This document shows, piece by piece, positions 52,050 to 64,000 of a DNA stretch of 64,000 nt. Source of the stretch: Eledone cirrhosa (taxonomy: Eukaryota); NCBI GenBank assembly GCA_964016885.1, contig OZ024756.1, forward strand, positions 20,832,001 through 20,896,000, read 5' to 3'. The notes under the pieces are model-generated. The model had not been told where the DNA came from and searched no databases. It worked only from the letters and a program-made list of their open reading frames with translations. A program made the position numbers and the translations under genes. Each line of letters starts with the position of its first letter. Within the stretch, counting starts at the first letter, position 1.

Positions 52050-52310
52050 TCACGTGGCTTAGTGGTAATGGTGTTGGACTTACCATCATAATGTCGTGGG
52101 TTCGATTCCTGGGTTGCGTGTTGTGTTCTTGAGCAAAATACTTCATTTCACGTTGCTCCAGTATACTCAACCGGAAATGAGTACCAGTAATAGCTGGAGG
52201 CCTAAATTTGCATTGGACTGGCTTCCTGTCCAGGGGGAGTCATGTACTCTCAGTCGCTTCATGTCATGAAACCGGAATAAGCACCGGTCAAATGAGCCTT
52301 CTGGCTTAAG
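52050..52310 (+). mobile_element. Different tRNA-derived SINE (related piece at about 19850-19960)
   Basis: GTGGCTTAGTGGTAA A-box, GGGTTCGATTCC B-box, and body TTGTGTTCTTGAGCAA..TTTCACGTTGCTCCAGT. Confidence 0.7.
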
Positions 52311-52320
52311 ACAGACTTTA

Positions 52321-52365
<45 letters not shown>

Positions 52366-52381
52366 ATTAAGACAGACTTTA

Positions 52382-52426
<45 letters not shown>

Positions 52427-52443
52427 ATTAAGACAGACTTTAG

Positions 52444-52493
<50 letters not shown>

Positions 52494-52685
52494 ATTAACT
52501 TTGCATAATTCTTTTTTTAAAAAAGAATTCAACTAATAATAGTTTCTACTTTTGGCACAAGGCCAGCAATTACCCAGTACATTACTGGTACTTTATTTTA
52601 TCGACCCCGTCTTAATATTGTTTTTATGTTATAACAATTAAACTATTTTGTCTAACGGACGCTTCTTTTAATCTTCATTTCACAG

Positions 52686-52967
52686 GAGCTGGCTTAGGAA
52701 TGACATTTATCACAGCCAACGTAATTATAGTTCTTTATTTTACGTCGAAACGTGCTCTCGCTGTTGGTATAGCAATGAGTGGTTCCGGTATTGGTGTATT
52801 TGTTTATTCTTTCATAGTTGAATCATTACTACAGTATTACGGTTGGCAAGGCACCATATTAACCTTGGTCGGTATTATTCTTCACAATATCGTCTTTGGA
52901 GCTATGCTCCGACCTCTGCGCTGGATACTCAATAAGAAGTATTTCTCCAATAGCTCACAGAATCTTG
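52686..52967 (+). CDS. SLC16-family gene exon C
   Basis: cacag| and G|gtaagt. LYFTSKRALAVGIAMSGSGIG is the SLC16 loop4/TM5 signature, followed by YYGWQGT..GAMLRPL. Confidence 0.95.
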
Positions 52968-52980
52968 GTAAGTTTATTGT

Positions 52981-53011
<31 letters not shown>

Positions 53012-53689
53012 GCTGCTGCTGCTACTACTACTACTACTACTACTACTGTTACTACTACTACTACTACTACTACCCGTTGAACACCATCTCCACTTTCACC
53101 ACCTCACCTTCAAACAGAAAACTCACATATATTCAAACTGTTCACAGAATACACGAAAACATATTTATATGTAATATTTGATAATATTGTTATAGCAATC
53201 GAAACCGGTTATATTTAACGCAACAATTATAAAATTATTCATTCTGTCGGATTAAAGGAAAACTAATCTTTAAATATACTTCTGTGCATTTTCACCTTCA
53301 GTTTTTAACATACCAAACCTTTATAGATAATAAACACAACCACAAGGATATGGTCTGAACATGGAAGAGCCGAACTCCCACTGTCATCGCCTCCATCTCT
53401 CTCGCCCTCCCCATCTCTCTGTTTGGTGAGCAAATGGGGTCGCAGGTGCTGGGGTCGCCTCCCCACAGCGCCCCGGCGGACAGAATGGAGAAGGCTTGAA
53501 GGCCAGCAATTATCCCAGTGCATTACTGGTACTTTATTTTATCGACCCCCGTAAGGATGAACGGCAAAGTTAACCTCGGCGGGATTTGAACTCAGAAAAT
53601 AAAGGGCCATAACTCTATGCCGCAAAGCATGGTGTCTAGCGCTCTACCGATACTTCCAATAATGCTATGTGAAGGCTAAGGCGTGAGCT

Positions 53690-54335
53690 GTAACAACATA
53701 ATAGGACTGGAGCCTCTATCATAAAAACACTAGAGAAACCTCTTATGAGATGCAGCCACGTAAGTAACCAACTAAACCTATATATGTGTAAGCTATAAAG
53801 ACTTGATAGGACTGAAACTTCTTTCATTAAAATGCCAGAGAAACCCTCCTATAACATATATCCTTGTATGTGGGTCAACTAATCTTACATAGGTGTGAGC
53901 TGTAACAACATGATACGACTGGGGTCTCTCATTAAAACACCAGGAAACCTTCTATGAGGTGTAGTCTCGTAAGTAACCAACTAATCCTACATATGTGTGA
54001 GCTGTAACAACATGATAGGACTGGGGCCTCTCTCAGTAAAATACCAGAGAAACCCCCTATAATATATATCCTTGTATGAGGGCCAACTAATCCTACATAA
54101 GTGTGAACTGTAACAATATGATAGGACTGGGGTCTCTCTCATTTAAACACCAGGGAAACCCCATATAGCATATATGCTTATATGAGGGCCAACTAAACCT
54201 ACATAAGTGTGAACTGTAACAACAACAACATGATATGACTGAGGCGTCTCTCATTAAAACATCAGGGAAACTTTTTATGAGATGCAACCTTGTAAGAAGC
54301 CAACTAAACTTACATAGGTATAAGGTGTAACAAAT
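53690..54335. repeat. Diverged tandem repeat of roughly 110-120 bp units
   Basis: GTGTGAGCTGTAACAACATGATAGGACTGGGG..CCAACTAATCCTACAT recurs several times. Confidence 0.7.
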
Positions 54336-54407
54336 ACAAATAACTAATAATATACACAACCTTTTCATATAAATATTTACACCATCTTTTCTTCTTCTTT
54401 TTCTCAG

Positions 54408-54962
54408 ATCCTTCAACAGATAGTTATAAAGACAACTCCGACATCAGTTTAATATCCAGTAATACATTACACAAGGATTATTTTTATAAAAACCTTACTA
54501 CTCGAGTTGAAATTCCCAGCCATTTGAAAACAGCCGGTAATTTATCGCCGGCACGCTATCATAGAAAATTTAGTGACGGAACAGTAAATTCTGGAGACAA
54601 AGGTCTTTTTGCTCTTTCATCTGATCCAAACGTTTTCAGAAACATCCTTCATTCATCCCATATTCATAACTATGAACACACGGGAAAAAAATTATCACCC
54701 AGTTCAAATTTGCTTCATATGAAGAGTGGTAGAAAACTACACGACGATCGAACTCTCCCAAACGTTTTCCGAGGATCTTCCGGAAACTTACGCTGCATCT
54801 CAATGGAAACCATTGGTGCACTTTACAGCAGTTCAATTCTCAGAGACGATAATTTTGAGAAGTCAACTAGTACATCAGAGAACTCTACTAGTAGCTTTAA
54901 TTTCACCATCTTTACCGATGTTGTAATGGCTTTGCTACTGATTGTTATGACATTAAGTACAG
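54408..54962 (+). CDS. SLC16-family gene exon D (large cytoplasmic loop into TM7)
   Basis: Polypyrimidine tract with ctcag|, and G|gttggt. The frame is open for 555 nt, phase 1-1: DPSTDSY..FNFTIFTDVVMALLLIVMTLST. Confidence 0.85.
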
Positions 54963-55664
54963 GTTGGTGATACAGCTTTTAAACATTTTAAACACTTGTT
55001 CTTTTTTTTTTCTATAAATAAATTTTTCATAATTTCAATTGTCCTAATTACTTTAACACCAAAAACCCTGCTGAAAGTTGCCTTTGGCGTGGCATGGCAT
55101 GGTCTCGTAATCCCTGAGAGAGTCGTAGGACGCCATATTGACATACGGTATTTCTTGGGAACTTTTTTAAAACCTGGCTGAGCCCAATATCCTCTCCGGG
55201 TCTGAAAACAGCAGATTTCTTCCAGAGAAGGATAGAGAGAATGAGAGAAAAGAAGTAAGAAAGAGATGTAGAGGAAGAATCGACCCCAGTACTTGACTGG
55301 TACATTTTTTTATCGACCTCGAAAGGATGAAAGGTAAAGTTGACCTCGGTGGGATTTGAACTCAGAGAACAGAGAGCCGAGACAAATATCATAGAGCATT
55401 CTATCCGAAATTCTAACGATTCTGCCAATTCGCCACCTTAAAGTTGCCTCTAACATTTTAAATAAAACAAGGCCTGCAATTAGGGGTAGAAGAAAGTAGA
55501 TTATACCGACCCCAATATTTTACTGGTATTTTATTTTATCATCATCATCATCAATAACATCATCATCATCATCATCATCATCATCAGCAGCATCAATAAC
55601 AACATCATCATCATCACCATCATCATCATCATTGTCGTCGTAGTCATCCTCGTTGTTACTAATA

Positions 55665-56062
55665 TTGGTTTCTTATTTAGGCACAAGGTCAGCAATTTTG
55701 GGGGAGGGGAAAGTCGATTAAATCGACCCCAGTGTGCGTGACTGGTACTTTATTTTATCGACCCCGTAAGGATGAAAGGCAAAATTAATCTCGGCAGGAT
55801 TTCAACTCAGACCGTAAAGGGGGGGGGGGGGGGTTAACTCTATGCTGCAAAGCATGGCGTCCGACCCTCTACCGTTGTTACTTTGGCAGTATGGGTAGAG
55901 GGTCGGACGCCATGCTTTAACGCATAGAGTTACGGCCCTTGCCATTCTGAGTTCAAATCCCGCCGAGGTTAACTTTGCCTTTCATCCTTATGGGGTCGAT
56001 AAAATAAAGTACCAGTAATGCACTGGGATAATTGCTGGCCTTGTGCCAAAAGTAGAAACAAT
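55665..56062. mobile_element. Head-to-head inverted pair of tRNA-derived SINEs
   Basis: A - copy at about 55665-55875 and a + copy at about 55883-56062. Confidence 0.85.
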
Positions 56063-56103
56063 TAATATCACTTGTTGTCACGTGATGTCCAATCATTTCG
56101 CTC

Positions 56104-56150
<47 letters not shown>

Positions 56151-56187
56151 TCCTTATTCATTTATTTGTTTTCTTCTACATTGACAG

Positions 56188-56457
56188 CCCAGGGAGCAGT
56201 AATCACTCACCTGCCCAGCTACGCCTTGTCACTTGGTATAAGTAGCGTTGACGTGGCCATGATTGTTTCAGTGCTGGGTATTATGGTGTCTGTTGGTCAG
56301 GTGGCCATTGGACTGATCGTCGACTTCCTGCCCGTGCCCATCATCTACGCCTACAGCTGTGCCATGGTCCTCGTCAGTGCTGTTGTGGCTACCATCCCTT
56401 TTGTTCACTCCATATACGTGCTCGCACTCTGTGCTGGTATGTTCGGTTTCTTTGTCG
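56188..56457 (+). CDS. SLC16-family gene exon E (TM7-TM10)
   Basis: gacag| and G|gtaagt. Translation THLPSYALSLGIS..VSVLGIMVSVGQVAIGLIVD..GMFGFFVG. Confidence 0.93.
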
Positions 56458-56509
56458 GTAAGTAGAGCTCCAGTTATTGATTCCGCGGTTGCACAAATTA
56501 CGTAATCTG

Positions 56510-57152
56510 AATTTACACACATACACATACTAACGGGCATATAGACATACTCTTACACACATACACTTGCTGAAATACACATACACACACTAACGCATAT
56601 ATAGACATACTCATACACACACATACACTTGCTGAAATACACATACACACACTAACGCATATATAGACATACTCTTACACACACATACACTTGCTGAAAT
56701 ACACATACACACACTAACGCATATATAGACATACTCTTACACACACATACACTTGCTGAAATACACATACACACACTAACGCATATATAGACATACTCTT
56801 ACACACACATACACTTGCTGAAATACACATACACACACTAACGCATATATAGACATACTCTTACACACACATACACTTGCTGAAATACAAATACATACAT
56901 TAACGTACATATACACATTCTTACATACACATACACTTGCTAAAATACACACACACACACACTTGCTAAAATATACATACACACACTAACGCATATATAC
57001 ACATTCTTACAAACACATACACTTGCTGAAATGCACATACACATACTAGTCCACATACAGACATACTCACACACATATACACTTGCTAAAATATACATAC
57101 ACACACTAACGCATATATAGACATACTCTTACACACACATACACTTGCTAAA

Positions 57153-57187
<35 letters not shown>

Positions 57188-57628
57188 ACACACACTTTCT
57201 AAAATATACATACACACACTAACGCATATATACACATTCTTACACACACATACACTTGCTGAAATGCATATACACATACTAACCCACATACAGACATACT
57301 CACACACACATACACTTGCTAAAATATACATACACACACTAACGTATATATAGACATACTCTTACACACACATACACTTGCTAAAATATACATACACACA
57401 CTAACGTACATATAGACATACTCACACACACATACACTTGCTAAAATACACACACACACACACTCACACTTTCTAAAATATACATACACACTAACGCATA
57501 TATACACATTCTTACACACACAGACAATTGCTGAAATACACATACACACACTAACGCACACATAGACATACTCACACACATACATTTGCTGAAATACACA
57601 TACACACACTAACGCAAATGTAGACATA

Positions 57629-57660
<32 letters not shown>

Positions 57661-57766
57661 CACTTGATGAAATACACATACACACACTAACGCACACATA
57701 GACATACTCACACACACATACATTTGCTGAAATACACATACACACACTAACGCAAATGTAGACATA

Positions 57767-57798
<32 letters not shown>

Positions 57799-57960
57799 CA
57801 CTTGATGAAATACACATACACACACTAACGCACACATAGACATACTCACACACACATACATTTGCTGAAATACACATACACACACTAACGCACACATAGA
57901 TATACTCACACACACATACACTTGCTGAAATACACATACACATACTAACGCATATAAAGA
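56510..57960. repeat. CA-rich compound minisatellite, about 60-bp unit
   Basis: ACACTTGCTGAAATACACATACACACACTAACGCATATATAGACATACTC recurs. Confidence 0.9.
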
Positions 57961-58134
57961 CATACGCCCACGCACATACATTCACTGACGCACATATCAA
58001 ACACTCACGCACACATACACACATGCACACACATATATACACAGAAACTTTCATATATATATATTTTTTTTGATAGGTAAAGTTTAATAGAATGAAGGAC
58101 GCCGACACGGCACACAACTTTATGAATATTCTAA

Positions 58135-59125
58135 CACTGCCACGCCTAAATATCATATTCTCACCATGTCACGCCTAAATATCATATTCTCACCATGTCA
58201 CGCCTAAATATCATATTCTAACCCTGTCACGCCTAAATATCATCTTCTAACCATACCACGCCTAAATATCATATTCTAACACCACCACGCCTAAATATCA
58301 TATTTTAACAATACCACGCCTATATATCATATTCTAACAACACCGCGTCTAAATATCATATTCTAACAATACCACGCCTAAATATCATATTCTAACTATG
58401 CCACGCCTAAATATCATATTCTAACCTTGTCACGCCTAAATATCATATTCTAACCATGCCACGGATAAATATCATATTATTAACAATACCACGCCTTAAT
58501 ATCATATTCTCTGCCACGCCTAAATATCATATTCTAACCCTGTCACGCCTATATATCATTTTCAAACAATTTCACGCCTTAATATCATATTTTAACCATG
58601 TCACGCCTAAATATCATATTTTAACAATACCACGCCTAAATATCATATTCTAACTCTGCGACGCCTAAATATCTTATTAAAACAATCTCACGCCTTAATA
58701 TCATATTCTAACCCTGCCACGCCTAAATATCATATTCAAACAATTTCACGCCTTAATATCATATTCTAACCATGTCACGCCTAAATATCATATTTTAACA
58801 ATACCACGCCTAAATATCATATTCTAACTCTGCCACGCCTAAATATCATATATTAACCCTGCCACGACTATATTCCATATTCTAACTCTGCTACGCCTAA
58901 ATATCATATTCTAACAATACCACGCCTAAATATCATATTCTAACTCTGCCACGACTAAATATCATATACTAACCCTGCCACGACTATATTCCATATTCTA
59001 ACTCTGCCACGCCTAAATATCATATTCTAACAATACCACGTCTAAATATCATATTCTAACTCTGCCACGCCTAAATATCATATTCTAACCTTGTCACGCC
59101 TAAATATCATATTCTAACCCTGCCA
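58135..59125. repeat. 29-bp minisatellite (TGCCACGCCTAAATATCATATTCTAACCC)
   Basis: Direct inspection, about 34 copies. Confidence 0.93.
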
Positions 59126-59661
59126 CAACCTAACAACAGCTATACCATATGTTCTGACCATATTATACCATATAAGACATAGTTTAACTATGTAACACAA
59201 CTAAACCATGTCATAAACCCCAGACATCTTACAACCTAACAACAGCTATATCTTATGCTCTAACCGTATTACACCACATAAGGCATATAGTTTAACTATA
59301 TAATACAACTAAACCATGTAACAAACCTCAGACATCTTAGAATCTAACAATGCTTCATTGATGCTGATCAACACAACTGTTTATTTCTCCATGTTCAGAG
59401 CCGACTCCCCCTCAAATTTGATTCCTATCTAATATCTTACAGATTGTTTGAAGCTTAATTCACAGTGGGCATCGGGTGCAGGACGCATAGCAATGACCTG
59501 AGAGGACTTAGTACTTTAAGGAGTTCGACTTTCATCTACAAATGTTCGAATAGAAACAAAAAAACAAAAAAAGGCCTCGATAGATGTTGCTTTCCAGCTG
59601 TTGTAGGATCCAATCAGATTTCATTGATTTCCGTGCTCCAGTTTTTAAAGGTAAAATAAAG

Positions 59662-59775
<114 letters not shown>

Positions 59776-59783
59776 CACACACA

Positions 59784-59870
<87 letters not shown>

Positions 59871-60251
59871 ACAGACGTCGGAAGAAATACATACATATAC
59901 ATTTGCGCACTTGGAGGGATGAAACGAACTGAAATTTCGTAAGTCAATTCCAACGTTTTGGTCAACTTCAGCGCCATGAATGAATGAATAAATCCCATCC
60001 TCATGGTTGAGAATCAGAGGACTCGGACACAACCTGCACTCTTCTCCACACATTCAACCATTCGTTGTGGTCTCCAAGCTCTCTTCGTGATTAATATGGA
60101 CGAGTTGAGTCTAGGCCTGAGTTCTCTTCAAACCCGATTTATTTTCAGAGTTGACTCTCATAATCTCCATCTCAATACAAGCATCTCCGTTACCATCCTC
60201 CAGGAAAACGCCTTCTCCATTCTTGTATATCACAAAAAAGTTTGCGATATA

Positions 60252-60554
60252 CAAGGTGAGCCAGAATTCATGACCCACTTGTTAGATATATTTCTTAACA
60301 TGCTTATTTTATTGTTATTGCATTGTTTTAATTTATTATTTTATTTCTTAATATGCTTAGCAGGTTTCTTAATTTATATTTTTATTTCTTAATATGCCTC
60401 ACGGATTTTTTTTTACTTATTTTTTCTAAATTTGATTAACCATGGCACATCCTTTGCTAAACTTGGAAAAACGTGTTAGATTATTTGTTTTATAACATTT
60501 TGTGTTAAGAGATTTATAAATAATCAAGTGAGTCATGAATTCTGACCCACCCTG
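60252..60554. mobile_element. Tc1/mariner-type MITE
   Basis: TA-CAAGGTGAGCCAGAATTCATGACCCACTT / AAGTGAGTCATGAATTCTGACCCACCCTG-TA. Confidence 0.8.
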
Positions 60555-61060
60555 TAGAACAAATTGCTTATTTTTCCTACTAGTTTCGTTTTCTTCGAAT
60601 TCAATCAGAATGTAAACGAAATCCAGCAAAGATGAGAAAAGGAGTCATGTAACTTCATTAAAACATCGGCACAGTATAGTAAAAACAAACATACAATGGA
60701 CTGAGCATATGACCTAAGTTTCTATTTCCACGTATCAAATACCTTAAGACAGTCAAGATAGACCTAACAATTACACGTTTCCATTCTTTCTTATGAACCT
60801 GGCATTTATATGTTTACTTTTCGTGTCAGAGTAGACCTTTTATCTATATTTCAGATCCAGTTATGAATTTTGTTTGATCACACTATTCTAAATGTACTTT
60901 TTCTATATTACAGAATGTACGTTGTTACTGGATACTAAACATGTAAACGTGTTTAGTATCCAGTCGTGGGAAAATTATACTTCATTCATGCTATTGCAAC
61001 GTTTTTTTACATACATTTATAATGATGAATACTTAACTAAATCGTTTTCTCCCCCACTAG

Positions 61061-61186
61061 GTTGGATTATTTCCCTGAGAACAATACTACTTGTAGATCT
61101 AGTCGGTATTGAAAACCTCACACATGTATTTGGTGTCATAGCTTTCTTCCAAGGAACGGGTTTCACTGTTTCCCCTCCTCTTGCAG
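61061..61186 (+). CDS. SLC16-family gene exon F (TM11)
   Basis: actag| and G|gtaagt. Translation LRTILLVDLVGIENLTHVFGVIAFFQGTGFTVSPPLAG. Confidence 0.93.
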
Positions 61187-61536
61187 GTAAGTTAGAAACT
61201 CGCCATATTATATTCTCGCTTTTTTTTTGAAGGCGTGGTAAGAGCCTCTTCTTCGTAGAAGTAGAGGCTCTACTTGGAGCGACTCTCTGATCTCCGAGCT
61301 ACGCATTCTATCAAGTAACATTATTTCAAAGACGAGTTCAAATCCCGCCGAAGTTAACTTTGTCTTTCATCCTTACGGGGTCGATAAAATAAAGTACCAG
61401 TAATGCACTGGGATAATTGTTGGCTTTGTGCCAAAAGTAGAAATAATTATTTCAAAGACACTTCCAATGAACGCCATTTCGGCCGCTTGTATTGGTGATC
61501 GTATTCTTTCGCTCATTACCCAAGATTCATGACCAT

Positions 61537-62895
61537 AGAAAATAGCTCTTCTAGACAGCTCATAAGCTACACACAGTCCAGAAAATAGCTCTTCTAGACA
61601 GCTCATAAGCTACACACAGTCCAGAAAATAGCTCTGCTAGACAGCTCATAAGCTACACACAGTCCAGAAAATAGCTCTTCTAGACAGCTCATAAGCTACA
61701 CACAGTCCAGAAAATAGCTCTGCTAGACAGCTCATAAGCTACACACAGTCCAGAAAATAGCTCTGCTAGACAGCTCATAAGCTACACACAGTCCAGAAAA
61801 TAGCTCTGCTAGACAGCTCATAAGCTACATACAGTCCAGAAAATAGCTCTGCTAGACAGCTCATAAGCTACACACAGTCTAGAAAATAGCTCTGCTAGAC
61901 AGCTCATAAGCTACACACAGTCCAGAAAATAGCTCTGCTAGACAGCTCATAAGCTAAACACCGTCCAGAAAATAGCTCTGCTAGACAGCTCATAAGCTAA
62001 ACACAGTCCAGAAAATAGCTCTGCTAGACAGCTCATAAGCTACACACAGTCCAGAAAATAGCTCTGCTAGACAGCTCATAAGCTACACACAGTCCAGAAA
62101 ATAGCTCTGCTAGACAGCTCATAAGCTACACCCAGTCCAGAAAATAGCTCTGCTAGATAGCTCATAAGCTAAACACAGTCCAGAAAATAGCTCTGCTAGA
62201 TAGCTCATAAGCTACACACAGTCCAGAAAATAGCTCTGCTAGACAGCTCATAAGCTACACACAGTCCAGAAAATAGCTCTGCTAGATAGCTCATAAGCTA
62301 CACACAGTCCATAAGATATCTCTGCTAGACAGCTCATAAGCTACACACAGTCCATAAGATATCTCTGCTAGACAGCTCATAAGCTACACACAGTCTAGAA
62401 AATAGCTCTGCTAGACAGCTCATAAGCTACGCACAGTCCAGAAAATAGCTCTGCTAGACAGCTCATAAGCTACACACAGTCCAGAAAATAGCTCTGCTAG
62501 ACAGCTCATAAGCTACACACAGTCCAGAAAATAGCTCTGCTAGACAGCTCATAAGCTACACACAGTCTAGAAAATAGCTCTGCTAGACAGCTCATAAGCT
62601 ACACATAGTCCAGAAAATAGCTCTGCTAGACAGCTCATAAGCTAAACACAGTCCATAAGATATCTCTGCTAGACAGCTCATAAGCTACACACAGTCCAGA
62701 AAATAGCTCTGCTAGACAGTTCATAAGCTACACACAGTCCAGAAAATAGCTCTGCTAGACAGCTCATAAGCTACACACAGTCTAGAAAATAGCTCTGCTA
62801 GACAGCTCATAAGCTAAACACAGTCCATAAGATATCTCTGCTAGACAGTTCATAAGCTACACACAGTACAGAAAATAGTTTTGCTAGACAGCTCA
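61537..62895. repeat. 43-bp minisatellite, about 31 copies (second array of the 42691 family)
   Basis: Same unit, same variant types and same flanks as 42691-43616. Confidence 0.95.
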
Positions 62896-63548
62896 AATCA
62901 TACACAATAACATTATTCACACAACATATACTCTGTAGGATCATCAACCAGTAACATTATTCCAAAGACTTTTCAAAGGAACGCCATTTCGGCCGCTTGT
63001 ATTCGTGATCGTATTCTTTCAGTTATTACCCAAGATTCATGACCATAGGTAAGGGTTGGCACGAATACCGAATTGAAGATAGCGGGTTTGGCTTTTACAC
63101 CTGCCTCACTTCTGATTACTGAATACAAGCTGTTGTTGAAGGTTGCGAATTGGCAGAGTCATTAGAACGTCGGATAGAATGTTTTATGGTATTCGTTCCG
63201 ACTCTCTGCTCTCTGAGTTCAAATCCCGCCGAGGTCAACTTTGCTTTTCATCCGTTCGAGGTTAATAAAAAAAAAAAGTACCAATCCAGTACTGGGGTCA
63301 ATTCTTCCTCTATATCTCTTTCTCATTTCCTCTCTCTCACTTTCTACCTCTCTCTGGAAGAAATCTACTGTACTCTGGGCTCTGCTGGGCTTAAAATACC
63401 CAAGAAACGCCGTATGTCAATACGGCTCGCCTACGATTCTATCAGGAGTTACGGGACCATACCATATCATATCAGAGCTGTTGTTACTGTTGTACTAATT
63501 TATTTATCTATTTACTCATTTATTTATTTATTATTTCTCTTTTCAAAG

Positions 63549-63700
63549 GTTTACTCTACGACCATACCAAATCCTATATAGCACTGTTCATGATGTGTAC
63601 AACCTCATATGGACTTGCCGCAATTTTTACGCTCATTTTATGCTATTTTTATCGCCAACAGAACTCATCAAGTAACATCACAACAATACCTATTCAATGA
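63549..63700 (+). CDS. SLC16-family gene last coding exon (TM12 and stop)
   Basis: caaag|, then GLLYDHTKSYIALFMMC..PIQ* completes the PPLAG-LYD motif. Exons A to last sum to 1800 nt in frame. An AATAAA lies at about 63730. Confidence 0.9.
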
Positions 63701-64000
63701 TTAAACATTAAAAGAAACACATTTTTTAAAATAAAACCCAAACGGCCGGGATACATATGAAGGATGAAGTGCTGATTTGTACGATGGAAGCAAATTTCTT
63801 TTCTGTATGTGATTGCAATATATTCATTTATTTTTCAAAAGGAATTATTAAAGGTCATGTAGGAAACAAAAAAACAAAAAACAAAAAAAAACAAACAAAA
63901 AAAAACAAAAGAAAAACCAAAACATCGTAAAAGGCCATATTCAATAATAATAACCTTTTTTTTAAATTTCGGCCTTCTTTGATCTGAGTTCAAATTCCAC

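Noticed and set aside
52305-52500. Three TTAAGACAGACTTTAGACA repeats separated by (TA)n
   Set aside because: Simple slippage duplication at a SINE tail.

Overview
Eukaryotic, AT-rich, repeat-dense genomic DNA. It is most likely from an octopus or other cephalopod; this is inferred from the abundant tRNA-derived SINEs and the (TA)n/(CA)n/(ATGT)n microsatellite load, and is not verified. One host gene can be reconstructed: a 7-exon (plus at least one unlocated upstream exon) SLC16/monocarboxylate-transporter family gene on the + strand, 41952-63700. The left end holds an apparently intact L1-clade, Tx1-like LINE on the - strand. It has a CCHC ORF1 and an APE-RT-CCHC ORF2 that runs off the window and is therefore missing from the ORF track. 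It sits next to an R4/Dong-like RLE fragment nested in a (TAA)n tract. The rest is SINEs, RTE remnants, Helitrons, hAT and Tc1/pogo MITEs, and minisatellites. The most unusual signal is a recurrent class of short non-coding inserts wedged into (TA)n tracts that carry type I hammerhead-ribozyme motifs (CUGANGA...GAAA...NUH). Several of them form fold-back inverted repeats that turn at or next to the ribozyme, which suggests Penelope-like or retrozyme-like elements. Most ORFs in the supplied track are microsatellite or minisatellite artefacts. Repeat boundaries were read by eye and are approximate.
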